A stretch of DNA of 64,000 nt from an uncultured Gammaproteobacteria bacterium (GTDB lineage Bacteria; Patescibacteriota; Microgenomatia; UBA8517): positions 118,127-182,126 of the forward strand of contig CAYSAY010000001.1 in NCBI GenBank assembly GCA_964429215.1, written 5' to 3'. Below are positions 17,951-27,534 of this stretch, one piece after another. A program made the translations under genes and the position numbers. Position 1 is the stretch's first letter, and each line of letters begins with the position of its first letter. The notes under the pieces are model-generated. The model saw only the letters and a list, made by a program, of their open reading frames with translations, was not told where the DNA came from and ran no database searches.

Positions 17951-18499
17951 ATGTTTAAGCTTCCTGAATTCAAATATAAATATGATGCACTTGAGCCGTT
18001 TATTGACGCTCAAACAATGGAAATTCACTATACGAAGCATCATCAGACTTATGTAGATAAATTAAATGCGTTAGTTGTTGCGAATCCAGATTTAAAAAAT
18101 AAAACGCTTGAAGAATTATGTCTACTTTCTGAAACTAAAAATATGGCCGGAGGCCACTCAAACCATACATTTTTCTGGGAAACATTGTCATCTCCAACTG
18201 GTGAAATAACTACGTCTTTGTTTGAGCCATTTAAAGAAGAATTTACAAACAAGGCACTTGGTCTTTTTGGTAGTGGCTGGGTTTGGCTTGCCAACAAAGA
18301 CGGAAAGAACGAAGTAATTGCTACACCTCTCCAAGATTCGCCTCTTGTTACAGGTTACACTCCAATTCTAGGAATTGATTTGTGGGAACACGCGTATTAC
18401 ATCAAGTTTCAGAATAGAAGAGCTGAATACATTGAGGCTTTTTGGAATATTGTAAATTGGAAAGTTGTTAGCGAAAATTTCAAGAAACTTAATTCTTAA
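17951..18499 (+). CDS. sodA: Fe/Mn superoxide dismutase
   Basis: FKLPEFKYKYDALEPFIDAQTMEIHYTKHHQTYV N-terminal signature, plus the DxWEHAYY metal-ligand motif (DLWEHAYY). Confidence 0.9.
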   Translation: MFKLPEFKYKYDALEPFIDAQTMEIHYTKHHQTYVDKLNALVVANPDLKNKTLEELCLLSETKNMAGGHSNHTFFWETLSSPTGEITTSLFEPFKEEFTNKALGLFGSGWVWLANKDGKNEVIATPLQDSPLVTGYTPILGIDLWEHAYYIKFQNRRAEYIEAFWNIVNWKVVSENFKKLNS

Positions 18500-18516
18500 G
18501 TTATAATACCTTCACG

Positions 18517-19191
18517 ATGATTAAAATGACTTCTAATGTTTTGCCTGATTTTCACTATTTTATAAAAGGGGATAATCCTAAACTTTTAATTCATTCTGGA
18601 ACTCATGGGGACGAATTTGAAGTAATTGAAGTGGTTCAAAAGTGTATCGAAAAATATGAAGATAAACTTCCAGATTTTATATTTGTCCCACAAGTTTCAC
18701 CCTCTGCAGTAAAGAAAAAAACTAGAGTGAATGGAAACGGGTTTGACATGAATAGAATATTTTTTTCAAACTCAAAAGAGTTAGAAGTAATTGAAAATAT
18801 AAAAGCAATTAAAGATTATAAATTTGATTTGATGGTGAGTTTTCATGAAGATCCAAAATTACCGTTTTATTATATTTATGATGAAGGCACTGATCCAATA
18901 GAAACTGAGTTAATACTTAAACATAATTTAAAACTACAAAATATGGGAGTAGACTTACTCAATGGAATTGATGATCCAGAAGACCCAATTTTAGGAATTG
19001 ATTTTACTAATGGATATCGTAAATTTATAATTTCTCCAGAATTTAAGAATAGTGGAATGATAACAAGTTGGGCGATAATTAATAATTTAGTAAATGATAC
19101 ATTAACACCGGAAATTCCTAGTAGCGCAGATATTTCTAAAAAAGAGATGATCGTTGATTCCTTCTTTAAAGACATTTTGTGTTATCATTAA
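18517..19191 (+). CDS. M14-family zinc carboxypeptidase-like protein (succinylglutamate desuccinylase/aspartoacylase superfamily)
   Basis: IHSGTHGDEFE (HxxE zinc motif) and the downstream SFHEDP candidate second His ligand. Confidence 0.45.
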   Translation: MIKMTSNVLPDFHYFIKGDNPKLLIHSGTHGDEFEVIEVVQKCIEKYEDKLPDFIFVPQVSPSAVKKKTRVNGNGFDMNRIFFSNSKELEVIENIKAIKDYKFDLMVSFHEDPKLPFYYIYDEGTDPIETELILKHNLKLQNMGVDLLNGIDDPEDPILGIDFTNGYRKFIISPEFKNSGMITSWAIINNLVNDTLTPEIPSSADISKKEMIVDSFFKDILCYH

Positions 19192-20338
19192 ACTAGTGAA
19201 AAGGTTAATTGGTATATTAATATTTTTTGTAATTATCGGAGGTTTAGGTTTCTATGTAATCAAAAAGTATTTACCTAATTTAGTACCTCCAAGCAAAAAC
19301 ATTAAACAATATTTACCTTTAAGTGGTGATACGCCTTCACCTATTAAGGTTCCACAAGGAGGAAAGCTTGATACTTTTTATGATTTAAAAGGAGAAATGC
19401 CCCGTGCTTTAGCCTTTGATGAAAGTGGTAATTTGTTTGTAAGTTTAACTTCTTCTGGTAAAGTGGCTGCAATTATTGATGAAAATAAAGATTTGAGAGC
19501 TGATAAAAAAATAGATATCTTGAAAGGTCTTAATAAACCTCACGGAATAGCGTTTGATAGTGGATATATTTATGTAGCTGAGTCTAATGGTGTTTCAAGG
19601 TATTTTTATAATGCAAGCGATAAGACTGCCACGGGGAAGGAGTTGTTATTATCTCTTCCTTCTGGTGGAAGGCATTTTACGAGAACAATAAGAATTTATA
19701 AGGACAAGCTTTATACTTCAGTAGGTTCATCTTGTGATGTCTGCGTTGAAAATAATGAATCAAGAGCTTCTATTATTGTTACGAATCTTGATGGAACTGA
19801 TAAAAAAATAGTTGCCACTGGTCTTCGCAATACTGTTTTTTTTGATTTTGATGATCAAGGTCAGATGTGGGGAACTGAGATGGGTAGAGATTTGTTGGGT
19901 GATAATTTACCACCAGATGAAATAAATAAAATTGATAGTACAAAGTTTGGAGTGGATTATGGCTGGCCATATTGCTACGGAAATAAAGTAAAGGATTTAA
20001 AGTTTAGCGATGATTCAAGTAAAACATGTTTTGATACTGTAGCACCTGTTTTTGAACTTCCAGCTCATTCAGCACCACTAGGGATCAGGTTTGATGGATC
20101 AGGTAATTTGATTGTTGCGTTGCATGGCTCTTGGAATTCGTCAACTAAGGTGGGTTACAAACTTGTTAAACTTAATATGTTTGCAGGTGAAGTTAGTGGG
20201 ATAGAGGATTATTTGTCAGGCTTTTTAGCTTTAAATGGAGATGTGCTAGGTAGACCTGTGGATTTACTCTTTGACAAAAATCATAATCTATTTATAAGTG
20301 ATGACAAAACAGGTTTGATTTATATATTATCAGAGTAA
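19154..20338 (+). CDS. PQQ-dependent sugar dehydrogenase (soluble glucose/sorbosone dehydrogenase family), N-terminal TM
   Basis: The beta-propeller motifs LNKPHGIAFD and DYGWPYCYG are typical of SGDH/PQQ-GDH-B. The start is uncertain, since it overlaps the upstream gene by 38 nt. Confidence 0.65.
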   Translation: MIPSLKTFCVIIKLVKRLIGILIFFVIIGGLGFYVIKKYLPNLVPPSKNIKQYLPLSGDTPSPIKVPQGGKLDTFYDLKGEMPRALAFDESGNLFVSLTSSGKVAAIIDENKDLRADKKIDILKGLNKPHGIAFDSGYIYVAESNGVSRYFYNASDKTATGKELLLSLPSGGRHFTRTIRIYKDKLYTSVGSSCDVCVENNESRASIIVTNLDGTDKKIVATGLRNTVFFDFDDQGQMWGTEMGRDLLGDNLPPDEINKIDSTKFGVDYGWPYCYGNKVKDLKFSDDSSKTCFDTVAPVFELPAHSAPLGIRFDGSGNLIVALHGSWNSSTKVGYKLVKLNMFAGEVSGIEDYLSGFLALNGDVLGRPVDLLFDKNHNLFISDDKTGLIYILSE

Positions 20339-20677
20339 TTTAGGTAGGAATAAACAAAGTCCAACGATTACTGACATGATTGCTCCTAAAAGTACTGTAC
20401 CTGCGGACATATCTTTAATTATTCTGGCTTCTTCTGAAATTTCAAGTGAATGTAAGTCTACTATTTTTTCGACAATTGTATTAACTAGTTCTAGAATTAT
20501 CACTGAAAATATAGTTAATATGAGTAGTGAAAATTCTAAAATTGTAAATTTTAAATAAATTGCAAATACTATTACAAAAAAAGATGCTAGAAAATGAATT
20601 CTTAAGTTAGGCTCAGATTTGAATGCATCTTTTATACCGTTTAGTGCGAATTTGAAACTTTTAAGTGTGACTAACAT
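20330..20677 (-). CDS. dgkA: Diacylglycerol kinase family protein
   Basis: 3-TM protein with the ELVNTIVEKIVD motif (the ELxNTAIE DgkA signature). Confidence 0.7.
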   Translation of the reverse strand: MLVTLKSFKFALNGIKDAFKSEPNLRIHFLASFFVIVFAIYLKFTILEFSLLILTIFSVIILELVNTIVEKIVDLHSLEISEEARIIKDMSAGTVLLGAIMSVIVGLCLFLPKLL

Positions 20678-20702
20678 TCTAATATTAGTATATCATTAAT
20701 AA

Positions 20703-21155
20703 ATGGTAACTTTTTTTGCAAGTGTTTTAATTTGGTTTATGTTTTTTGGCTTAATTGTTTTGTGGGTAATAGATGGAAAAATTAAGAAGGAAACAGTACT
20801 TCATGCTTTATTTTCAATGGTTATTGCTTGGGGTATTTCAGAAGCGATTAAATATATATTTCCCACACTTAGGCCGTTTCAAGTAGAGAATATAATTCCA
20901 CTTACATCGACAATTCCGGGGGATGGTGCATTTCCTTCATCTCATACTGCCGTTGGGTTTGCCCTTGCTGTCACAATTTTAAAACATGATAGAAAGGTGG
21001 GAATATTGTATTTAATTATGGCTGGTTTAGTTGGGGTTGCGAGAATTATTGCACATGTACATTATCCTATTGATATTGTTGGTGGTGCGATTTTAGGAAC
21101 AGTAATTTCATCATTGACATCTAGCAAACACTTTGTTAGACTGCTAAATCGATGA
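20703..21155 (+). CDS. PAP2-family phosphatase (undecaprenyl-diphosphatase-like)
   Basis: PSSHTA and ARIIAHVHYPIDIVGG (the PAP2 motifs PSGH and SRxxxxxHxxxD). Confidence 0.75.
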   Translation: MVTFFASVLIWFMFFGLIVLWVIDGKIKKETVLHALFSMVIAWGISEAIKYIFPTLRPFQVENIIPLTSTIPGDGAFPSSHTAVGFALAVTILKHDRKVGILYLIMAGLVGVARIIAHVHYPIDIVGGAILGTVISSLTSSKHFVRLLNR

Positions 21156-23500
21156 GAAGTGTACCGATAGTACCAATTAGGGGTTCAGTAGTTTTTCCAC
21201 ATACGGATACTCTACTTTCATTCGTAAGACCAAGATCTGTGACTGCGGCTGACGATGCTTTTGGAAAAGATAGATTAGTTGCAATTTTCACTCAAAAAGA
21301 TTCAAGAATAAATGATCCAGTAAAAGAAGATCTAAATGAAATTGGAACTCTTGCCACAATTACCCAGATGATGTCAGTTGAGGATGGCACCCACGCTTTG
21401 GTAAGGGGTCAAGTTAGAATTAAACTTTCAGAAATAGTTTCAAATAGTCCATTTATGGTTGGATCAGTTGAAGAACTCCCAGATTCCCCAGTTTATTCTA
21501 CAGAAGAGCTTGCACTTGCCAAAAATTTATCCGAAGCTTTTAAACGAGCTTTAACTTTAGGGAAAATGGTTGAAGTCATGTCAGTTGTAAAACTTATATC
21601 AGAGTCATCAAACCCTTCAGAACTTACAGATCAGATTTCAACTGTTTTGGATATTAAATTAAGTGAAAAACAAGATTTATTAGCAACATTTCCTCTTCTT
21701 GAGAGAATGAAGAAAGTGCAAATTTTGCTTTCAAAAGAAATTAATATTTTAGAGATTGAAAAAACTATTTCGTCAAAAACACAAGAGCAATTTGATGAGA
21801 TTATGAAAAAGAATATATTAAGAGAAAAGAAAAAGGCAATTGATAAAGAACTTGGTGAAGGTGGAGGAGAAGATGGAGAAGTAGCAACTGAGGAAATTAA
21901 GGAATACAAAAAGAAAATAATGGACAGTAAAATGCCTAAGGATGTTGAAGAAAAGGCATTAAAAGAACTTAATAAATTATCTAAAATGTCTTCATTTAAC
22001 CCTGAGTCAGGGTTTTTAAGAAATTATTTAGACTGGCTTTGTGATGTTCCATGGAGTGTCGTAACGCCCAATACTGTATCAATAACAAAAGCTGGTAAAA
22101 CAATGGAGAAAAGACATTATGGATTAAAGAAAACTAAAGAAAGAATATTGGAATATTTATCAGTTATGAAGCTTTTGGATGAAAGAAAGCAAAAAGGTAA
22201 AGAAAGTAAATTTCAACCAACTATATTATGTTTTATAGGACCTCCCGGAGTTGGAAAAACTTCTATAGGTAAAGCTATTGCTGAGGCAATGGGTAGAAAA
22301 TTTGCACGTATTTCTCTTGGTGGTATAAGAGATGAAGCTGAAATCAGAGGCCACAGAAGAACTTATGTTGGCGCATTACCTGGAAGAATAATTCAAGGTA
22401 TCAAAACTGCAGGTACAAGAAATCCTGTATTTATGCTTGATGAAATAGATAAAGTTGGAGCAGACTTTAGAGGAGATCCTAGTTCTGCTCTATTGGAAGC
22501 ATTGGATCCAGAACAAAACAAAGAATTTTCTGACCATTACCTAGAAGTTCCATTTGATTTGTCTGATGTATTTTTCATTGCAACTGGAAACGTTTTAGAT
22601 ACAATCCCTGCTGCACTTCGAGATAGGATGGAAGTAATACAATTTGCAGGTTATACAGAGGAAGAAAAATTTGAAATTGCAAAGACATTTATTTGGCCAA
22701 AACAATTACAAAATCATGGATTGGAAAATATCAAAATCTCAGATAGGGCATTAAAAGAAATTATTTCAAAATATACAAGAGAGTCTGGTGTAAGAAACTT
22801 GGAAAGAAATATCTCTACAGTACTACGTAAAATTGCAAGATTAGTAGCAGAAAAGAAAAAATATCCGAAAACTGTGAAAGATATACATGTTAGGCAGTAT
22901 TTAGGGGTAAATAAATATACATCATTAATTGCAGAAAAGAAAAATGAAGTAGGTATGGCAACTGGACTTGCGGTTACCTCAGTTGGAGGAGAAATATTAT
23001 TTATTGAAGTTTCATTAATGCCAGGACGTGGAAAACTTACTTTGACTGGGCAATTAGGAGAAGTAATGAAGGAGTCAGCACAGGCTGCATTTACTTGGGC
23101 CAGATCGAATTATAAATTATTAGGTTTGAAGGCTGACTTTTCATCAAAGCTTGATGTACATATTCATGTTCCTGATGGTGCAGTTCCAAAAGATGGACCA
23201 TCGGCAGGTACATCAATTACTACAGCACTTGTATCGGCGCTTACAAAGATTCCAACCAGAAGAGATACAGGAATGACAGGTGAAATAACTCTTCGAGGTA
23301 AGGTTACTGAAATAGGAGGACTTAAAGAAAAATCAATTGCAGGGCATAGAGCTGGGCTTAAAACTATAATTGCACCTAAGGATAATCAAAAAGATATGGA
23401 AGATATACCAGATAAAGTCAAAAAAGATATTAATTTTGTGTTTGCAGAAAAACTTGAAGATGTGTTGAAAGTCGCCCTTACCAAGTGGCCAATAGTATAA
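21152..23500 (+). CDS. lon: ATP-dependent Lon protease
   Basis: Lon N domain. AAA+ Walker A GPPGVGKTS. Protease Ser-Lys dyad region PKDGPSAGTS. ATGA overlap with the upstream gene. Confidence 0.95.
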   Translation: MRSVPIVPIRGSVVFPHTDTLLSFVRPRSVTAADDAFGKDRLVAIFTQKDSRINDPVKEDLNEIGTLATITQMMSVEDGTHALVRGQVRIKLSEIVSNSPFMVGSVEELPDSPVYSTEELALAKNLSEAFKRALTLGKMVEVMSVVKLISESSNPSELTDQISTVLDIKLSEKQDLLATFPLLERMKKVQILLSKEINILEIEKTISSKTQEQFDEIMKKNILREKKKAIDKELGEGGGEDGEVATEEIKEYKKKIMDSKMPKDVEEKALKELNKLSKMSSFNPESGFLRNYLDWLCDVPWSVVTPNTVSITKAGKTMEKRHYGLKKTKERILEYLSVMKLLDERKQKGKESKFQPTILCFIGPPGVGKTSIGKAIAEAMGRKFARISLGGIRDEAEIRGHRRTYVGALPGRIIQGIKTAGTRNPVFMLDEIDKVGADFRGDPSSALLEALDPEQNKEFSDHYLEVPFDLSDVFFIATGNVLDTIPAALRDRMEVIQFAGYTEEEKFEIAKTFIWPKQLQNHGLENIKISDRALKEIISKYTRESGVRNLERNISTVLRKIARLVAEKKKYPKTVKDIHVRQYLGVNKYTSLIAEKKNEVGMATGLAVTSVGGEILFIEVSLMPGRGKLTLTGQLGEVMKESAQAAFTWARSNYKLLGLKADFSSKLDVHIHVPDGAVPKDGPSAGTSITTALVSALTKIPTRRDTGMTGEITLRGKVTEIGGLKEKSIAGHRAGLKTIIAPKDNQKDMEDIPDKVKKDINFVFAEKLEDVLKVALTKWPIV

Positions 23501-23515
23501 TACTTTCTTCTTTTG

Positions 23516-23587
23516 TGACGCTTACGGGAATCGAACCCATATTTCTTGGATGAGAACCAAGTGTCCTAGCCGTTAGACGAAAGCGCC
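23516..23587 (-). tRNA. tRNA-Glu (anticodon CUC)
   Basis: Manual fold. Acceptor GGCGCUU/AAGCGUC. D stem GUCU/GGAC. Anticodon stem CUUGG/CCAAG with loop UUCUCAU. T arm AUGGG-UUCGAUU-CCCGU. Discriminator A. Confidence 0.75.
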
Positions 23588-23697
23588 GTAGTTTGTATTA
23601 TATAGCATCAGCTACAGAATCGCATTGCTCTGTAAAAGTAGATATCGTAAGTGAGCTTCAGAATATTTTTCTTGTTTCTGCTAAAATATGGCTAATT

Positions 23698-25173
23698 ATG
23701 GCAATTAGAAGAATACTTGATTACACAGAAGAACCTTTGCATAAATCAGCAGAGAAAGTTGTGGGGTTTGGAAAGGAAACTAAGACTATTGTATCTGACT
23801 TGATAGACACTTTGTATTCATCCACAGGCGTTGGTCTTGCTGCTCCTCAAATTGGTATAAATAAACAAATTTTTATATATGATCCAAAAAGAAAGCTTGA
23901 CGAAAAAATTTATAACTATAAAGTACTTATCAATCCAAAAGTAACAATATTAGGCAATGAAAAAAGACAATCAAAAGAAGGTTGCAAAAGTACGCCTGAT
24001 TTGTTTGTTAATTTAAGAAGATACTCAAAAATAGTTGTAGATGGATTTGATGAAAACGGAAACCCAGTTAAATTTGATTCAAAAGGTATTGAAGCACAAG
24101 TAATTCAACACGAAGTAGATCATCTGACAGGTAAATTAATATTTGAACATGAGTCAATAAATGACAAAGATAAAAGTTTATACAACGATTATGTTTCAGA
24201 CACAAAAAACATTCTCGACTCACTTAAATTTGCAAATGAAATTAAAGATGGTCAGATTTTGATAACTATTTCAAACAATAATACTATTCATTTATTCAAA
24301 GACGGAGATCAAATTCAAATGTATTTTTCAGACAAGGGTAAATTTAGTGGGATTATGTCTAGAATTGACATCAAGCACCCATTAAGACTAATTGGTATTT
24401 ATACGCAAGCAATGATGTTAAGTTTAGTTTTTTCAGATATTCCAGAGAAAGTATATTTAATTGGTTTTGGTGGAGGTCGAATTCCAATGATCTTTCATCA
24501 TTATTTTCATAAAACTGTTATTGAGAGTACTGAAATAGACAACGAGGTAATTGATATATCCAAAAAATATTTTGGCATATCTTTAGATGAAAGAATGATT
24601 GTAGAAAATACTGACGGTAGAAGCTATCTACAAAATCAAAATAGTGATAAAAAATACGATATCATAATTGTTGATACTTTCTCTGGATCAGGTGTACATC
24701 CTTTTCCGTTTTCTACTATTGAATTTTATGATTTGTGTAAAAATCATCTTTCTCAAAATGGAGTTGTTACAACTAACTTAGTTGAAACGGATCCGCTATT
24801 CCAACAAAAAGTAAAGACATTTATTGAATCTTTCAGGTATGTTTATGAGTTTTTGTATGAAGGAACTCATGTATATTTTGGAAGTGAGTCCGTAAATATA
24901 AAAATTGAAGATTTTGTAAAGAAAGCCAAACAAATTGATAAATTTTATAATTTTAGGTTTCCTTTAGATTGGCTAGCCAAAAAAGTTAATATTGTCAAAA
25001 AATCAGATAGTGCAAGCAATGATATCGTAAATGAAGAATTGCTAAGTGACAAATCAAATCCTTCTGAAAAAATAAATATATTTTCTGGAGTTTCCAGAAA
25101 TGATCTTTGTCCATGTGGTTCAGGCAAAAAATTTAAACGCTGCCATCTTTTAAAAATAATTGATATAGTCTGA
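23698..25173 (+). CDS. def: Peptide deformylase fused to a spermidine-synthase-like class I methyltransferase-fold domain and a C-terminal SEC-C zinc-binding motif
   Basis: PDF motifs GVGLAAPQIG, EGC and QHEVDHLTG at aa about 1-160. A GFGGGRIP...E.D...DGR...YDIIIVD Rossmann/SpeE-like region follows. The final residues are DLCPCGSGKKFKRCH (SEC-C). The start is chosen at the Met (MAIRRILDY), because the track start at 23593 is 6 nt from the tRNA. Confidence 0.75.
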   Translation: MAIRRILDYTEEPLHKSAEKVVGFGKETKTIVSDLIDTLYSSTGVGLAAPQIGINKQIFIYDPKRKLDEKIYNYKVLINPKVTILGNEKRQSKEGCKSTPDLFVNLRRYSKIVVDGFDENGNPVKFDSKGIEAQVIQHEVDHLTGKLIFEHESINDKDKSLYNDYVSDTKNILDSLKFANEIKDGQILITISNNNTIHLFKDGDQIQMYFSDKGKFSGIMSRIDIKHPLRLIGIYTQAMMLSLVFSDIPEKVYLIGFGGGRIPMIFHHYFHKTVIESTEIDNEVIDISKKYFGISLDERMIVENTDGRSYLQNQNSDKKYDIIIVDTFSGSGVHPFPFSTIEFYDLCKNHLSQNGVVTTNLVETDPLFQQKVKTFIESFRYVYEFLYEGTHVYFGSESVNIKIEDFVKKAKQIDKFYNFRFPLDWLAKKVNIVKKSDSASNDIVNEELLSDKSNPSEKINIFSGVSRNDLCPCGSGKKFKRCHLLKIIDIV

Positions 25174-25177
25174 TTTC

Positions 25178-25206
25178 TTGACAATGACCTGTCTGGGGTT
25201 TAAAAT
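25178..25206 (+). promoter_or_regulatory. Near-consensus sigma70 promoter (TTGACA-17 nt-TAAAAT) upstream of greA
   Basis: TTGACA at 25178-25183, a 17-nt spacer, then TAAAAT at 25201-25206. It sits directly after the def-fusion stop and about 150 nt upstream of the greA ATG. Confidence 0.6.
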
Positions 25207-25354
25207 CAGAATCGTATTTATTAATTTATGTCAATTTTTTCCAACAAATTTATTAGATTGAGCCTGATTAAGGCCAATTAATTTGTTGGGGGAAATTTAG
25301 TTAAATTAATCTCTCCCAAATACAAAGTAGGAGGGATATTTTTTTTAGAAAACT

Positions 25355-25837
25355 ATGTTAAATAAAATACAATTAACAGCAAATGGACTTGAAGCTTTAA
25401 AAAAGGAGCTTGATGCTTTGTTGACTAAAACAAGGCCAGCATTAATAGATAGGTTAAGTAATGCTAGGTCTCAAGGCGATTTGTCTGAAAATAGTGATTA
25501 TCAGAATTCTAAAGAAGAACTTGAATTTTTAGAAGGTAAAATTGCAGAACTTGAATCTGTTATTAAAAATGCCAAAGTTGTTGCAGATTCAGGAAATGGC
25601 AATAATGTTGGTGTTGGTACAAAAGTTACAGTTCGTGTTAATGGTATTAAAACCACCTTTGAAATAGTAGGCGAATGGGAAGCTGATTTAACAAAAAAGA
25701 AAATTAGTCACACCTCTCCGCTTGGATCATCTCTTGTTGGTAAAAAAGTTGGAGAAAAAATAGAAGTTCAAGCACCTGTTGGAAAAATTGTTTACGAAAT
25801 AGTAGATATTGATTCTAAGGAAAAGACAATCTCTTAG
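25355..25837 (+). CDS. greA: Transcription elongation factor GreA
   Basis: N-terminal coiled coil (LTANGLEALKKELDAL...GDLSENSDY) and C-terminal FKBP-like domain. 160 aa. Confidence 0.9.
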   Translation: MLNKIQLTANGLEALKKELDALLTKTRPALIDRLSNARSQGDLSENSDYQNSKEELEFLEGKIAELESVIKNAKVVADSGNGNNVGVGTKVTVRVNGIKTTFEIVGEWEADLTKKKISHTSPLGSSLVGKKVGEKIEVQAPVGKIVYEIVDIDSKEKTIS

Positions 25838-25861
25838 GGATTTGTCATATCTTTTAATGGC

Positions 25862-25885
25862 AACCTCCCACAAGGAGGTTTTTTA
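25862..25885 (+). terminator. Rho-independent terminator after greA
   Basis: AACCTCC-cacaa-GGAGGTT followed by TTTTTT. Confidence 0.7.
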
Positions 25886-25903
25886 GTATAAAATAACAAA
25901 TAT

Positions 25904-27487
25904 ATGCATTGGGCGGACAAAGTAGCAAACGAAATTGTAAAATCAGGTAAATATTTGCCTTATTGGGTTGATGATATGAAAACCCCTTCAGGGTATGCTC
26001 ATATTGGTTCTATGTTGGGACCTGTTGTACATAGTGCAATTTATAGAGCACTTAAAGATTTAAAGAAAGACGCCGTGCTAACTTATGTGTTTAATGACTT
26101 TGATCCAGCAGATGAGTTTCCATCAATTTTAAAAGAAGCACTTGATGGTCATCAAGGTAAAGCTTTGAAAATGTGTCCTTCTCCATCACCAGAATTTGAA
26201 AATCTAGCAGATTTTTTGGCGGATGATCTTAAAAAATCAATTGAGTATTTAGGATTTGAAGCAAAATATGTTTCAAGTTGGGATTTGTATAAAGCAGGCA
26301 AATTTGACGAAGTTATTAAAATTGCACTTGATAACTCTGAGAAGATTCAAGATATTTACCAAAAAGTTTCTGGAAGTCAGAAAAAGATAAGTGGTTGGCT
26401 TCCGTTTCAAACAATATGTGAGAAATGCGGAAAATTGGGAACAACAAAAGTTTATGAATGGGATGGTGAAAAAGTTAGTTACAGATGCGAACAAAATCTT
26501 GTAACCTGGGCCACAGGGTGTGGCTATGAAGGGAAGGTGACTCCATTTGGCGGTACAGGTAAGTTACCATGGAAAATTGATTGGGCTGCTCATTGGGCCG
26601 TAATTGGGGTAACAATTGAAGGTGCGGGGAAAGACCATGCCAGTAAAGGTGGAAGTTATGATATTGCAATGGCAATTTGTAAAGAAGTGTTTAAATATCC
26701 AATGCCTTATAAACTTCCAATTGAATTTTTATTAATTGGAGGCAAGAAAATGTCATCTTCAAAAGGTATCGGGTTAAAAGCTCATGATCTTGTAAAGATA
26801 CTTCCTGCAGAAGTGGCAAGGTTTTTATTTATAGATAAAGACATAAATAAACAAAGTAATTTTGATCCATATGGAACTATGGCAATTCCTGATTTGTTTG
26901 ATGAATATGATAAATGTTGGGAAAGTTATACTAAAAACGGAGATGAGGATCTGTCAAGGAATTTTGTTTTATCTCAAATTAATTATGGCTTTTTACCAGA
27001 AAAGGAGAAAGGTTTTTTTGCTCCAAGATTTAAAGATATCGCAAATTATTTATCACAAGGACTAACTGATTCAGAAGTATTAAATAAAATTTCGGAAATT
27101 AAAGAAGGAAAACTAGATGATAGTGAGATTTCAGTTTTTGAAGAAAGATTAAAATATGCAAAAATTTGGCTATCTGATTTTGCACCAAGTGAATATAGGT
27201 TTGATTTAACTGAAGAAATACCAGCTGAAGTGTCTAAATTTACTGATTTACAAAAGCAATATATAAGTAAAATAAAAGAAATATATAATGATGATGAAAC
27301 AGCTGAATCATTGCAAATTTCATTATATGAACTTACAAAAAGTTTAAATATTCCTACAAAAGAGGGATTTAGTGCAATATACACATCATTAATTGGAAAA
27401 ACTCATGGCCCAAGAGCAGGGATGTTGCTCATTAATATTGGAAAAGAAAAAGTCTTGGAAAGATTTGAAGAAGTTTCAAAACTTTAA
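25904..27487 (+). CDS. Lysyl-tRNA synthetase, class I (archaeal type)
   Basis: Class I architecture with an HIGH-region variant (SGYAHIGS) and KMSKS (KMSSSKG). The length of 527 aa and the N-terminal MHWADxxA are typical of LysRS-I. Confidence 0.8.
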   Translation: MHWADKVANEIVKSGKYLPYWVDDMKTPSGYAHIGSMLGPVVHSAIYRALKDLKKDAVLTYVFNDFDPADEFPSILKEALDGHQGKALKMCPSPSPEFENLADFLADDLKKSIEYLGFEAKYVSSWDLYKAGKFDEVIKIALDNSEKIQDIYQKVSGSQKKISGWLPFQTICEKCGKLGTTKVYEWDGEKVSYRCEQNLVTWATGCGYEGKVTPFGGTGKLPWKIDWAAHWAVIGVTIEGAGKDHASKGGSYDIAMAICKEVFKYPMPYKLPIEFLLIGGKKMSSSKGIGLKAHDLVKILPAEVARFLFIDKDINKQSNFDPYGTMAIPDLFDEYDKCWESYTKNGDEDLSRNFVLSQINYGFLPEKEKGFFAPRFKDIANYLSQGLTDSEVLNKISEIKEGKLDDSEISVFEERLKYAKIWLSDFAPSEYRFDLTEEIPAEVSKFTDLQKQYISKIKEIYNDDETAESLQISLYELTKSLNIPTKEGFSAIYTSLIGKTHGPRAGMLLINIGKEKVLERFEEVSKL

Positions 27488-27534
27488 AATTAGTCCTTTA
27501 CTTTGGAAAAAAAAGGTAGTAAATTACAAACATA

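Noticed and set aside
23593-23697. 35-codon N-terminal extension of the def fusion
   Set aside because: It starts 6 nt from the tRNA-Glu 5' end with no room for a promoter or RBS. The PDF family N-terminus aligns from MAIRRILDY at 23698.
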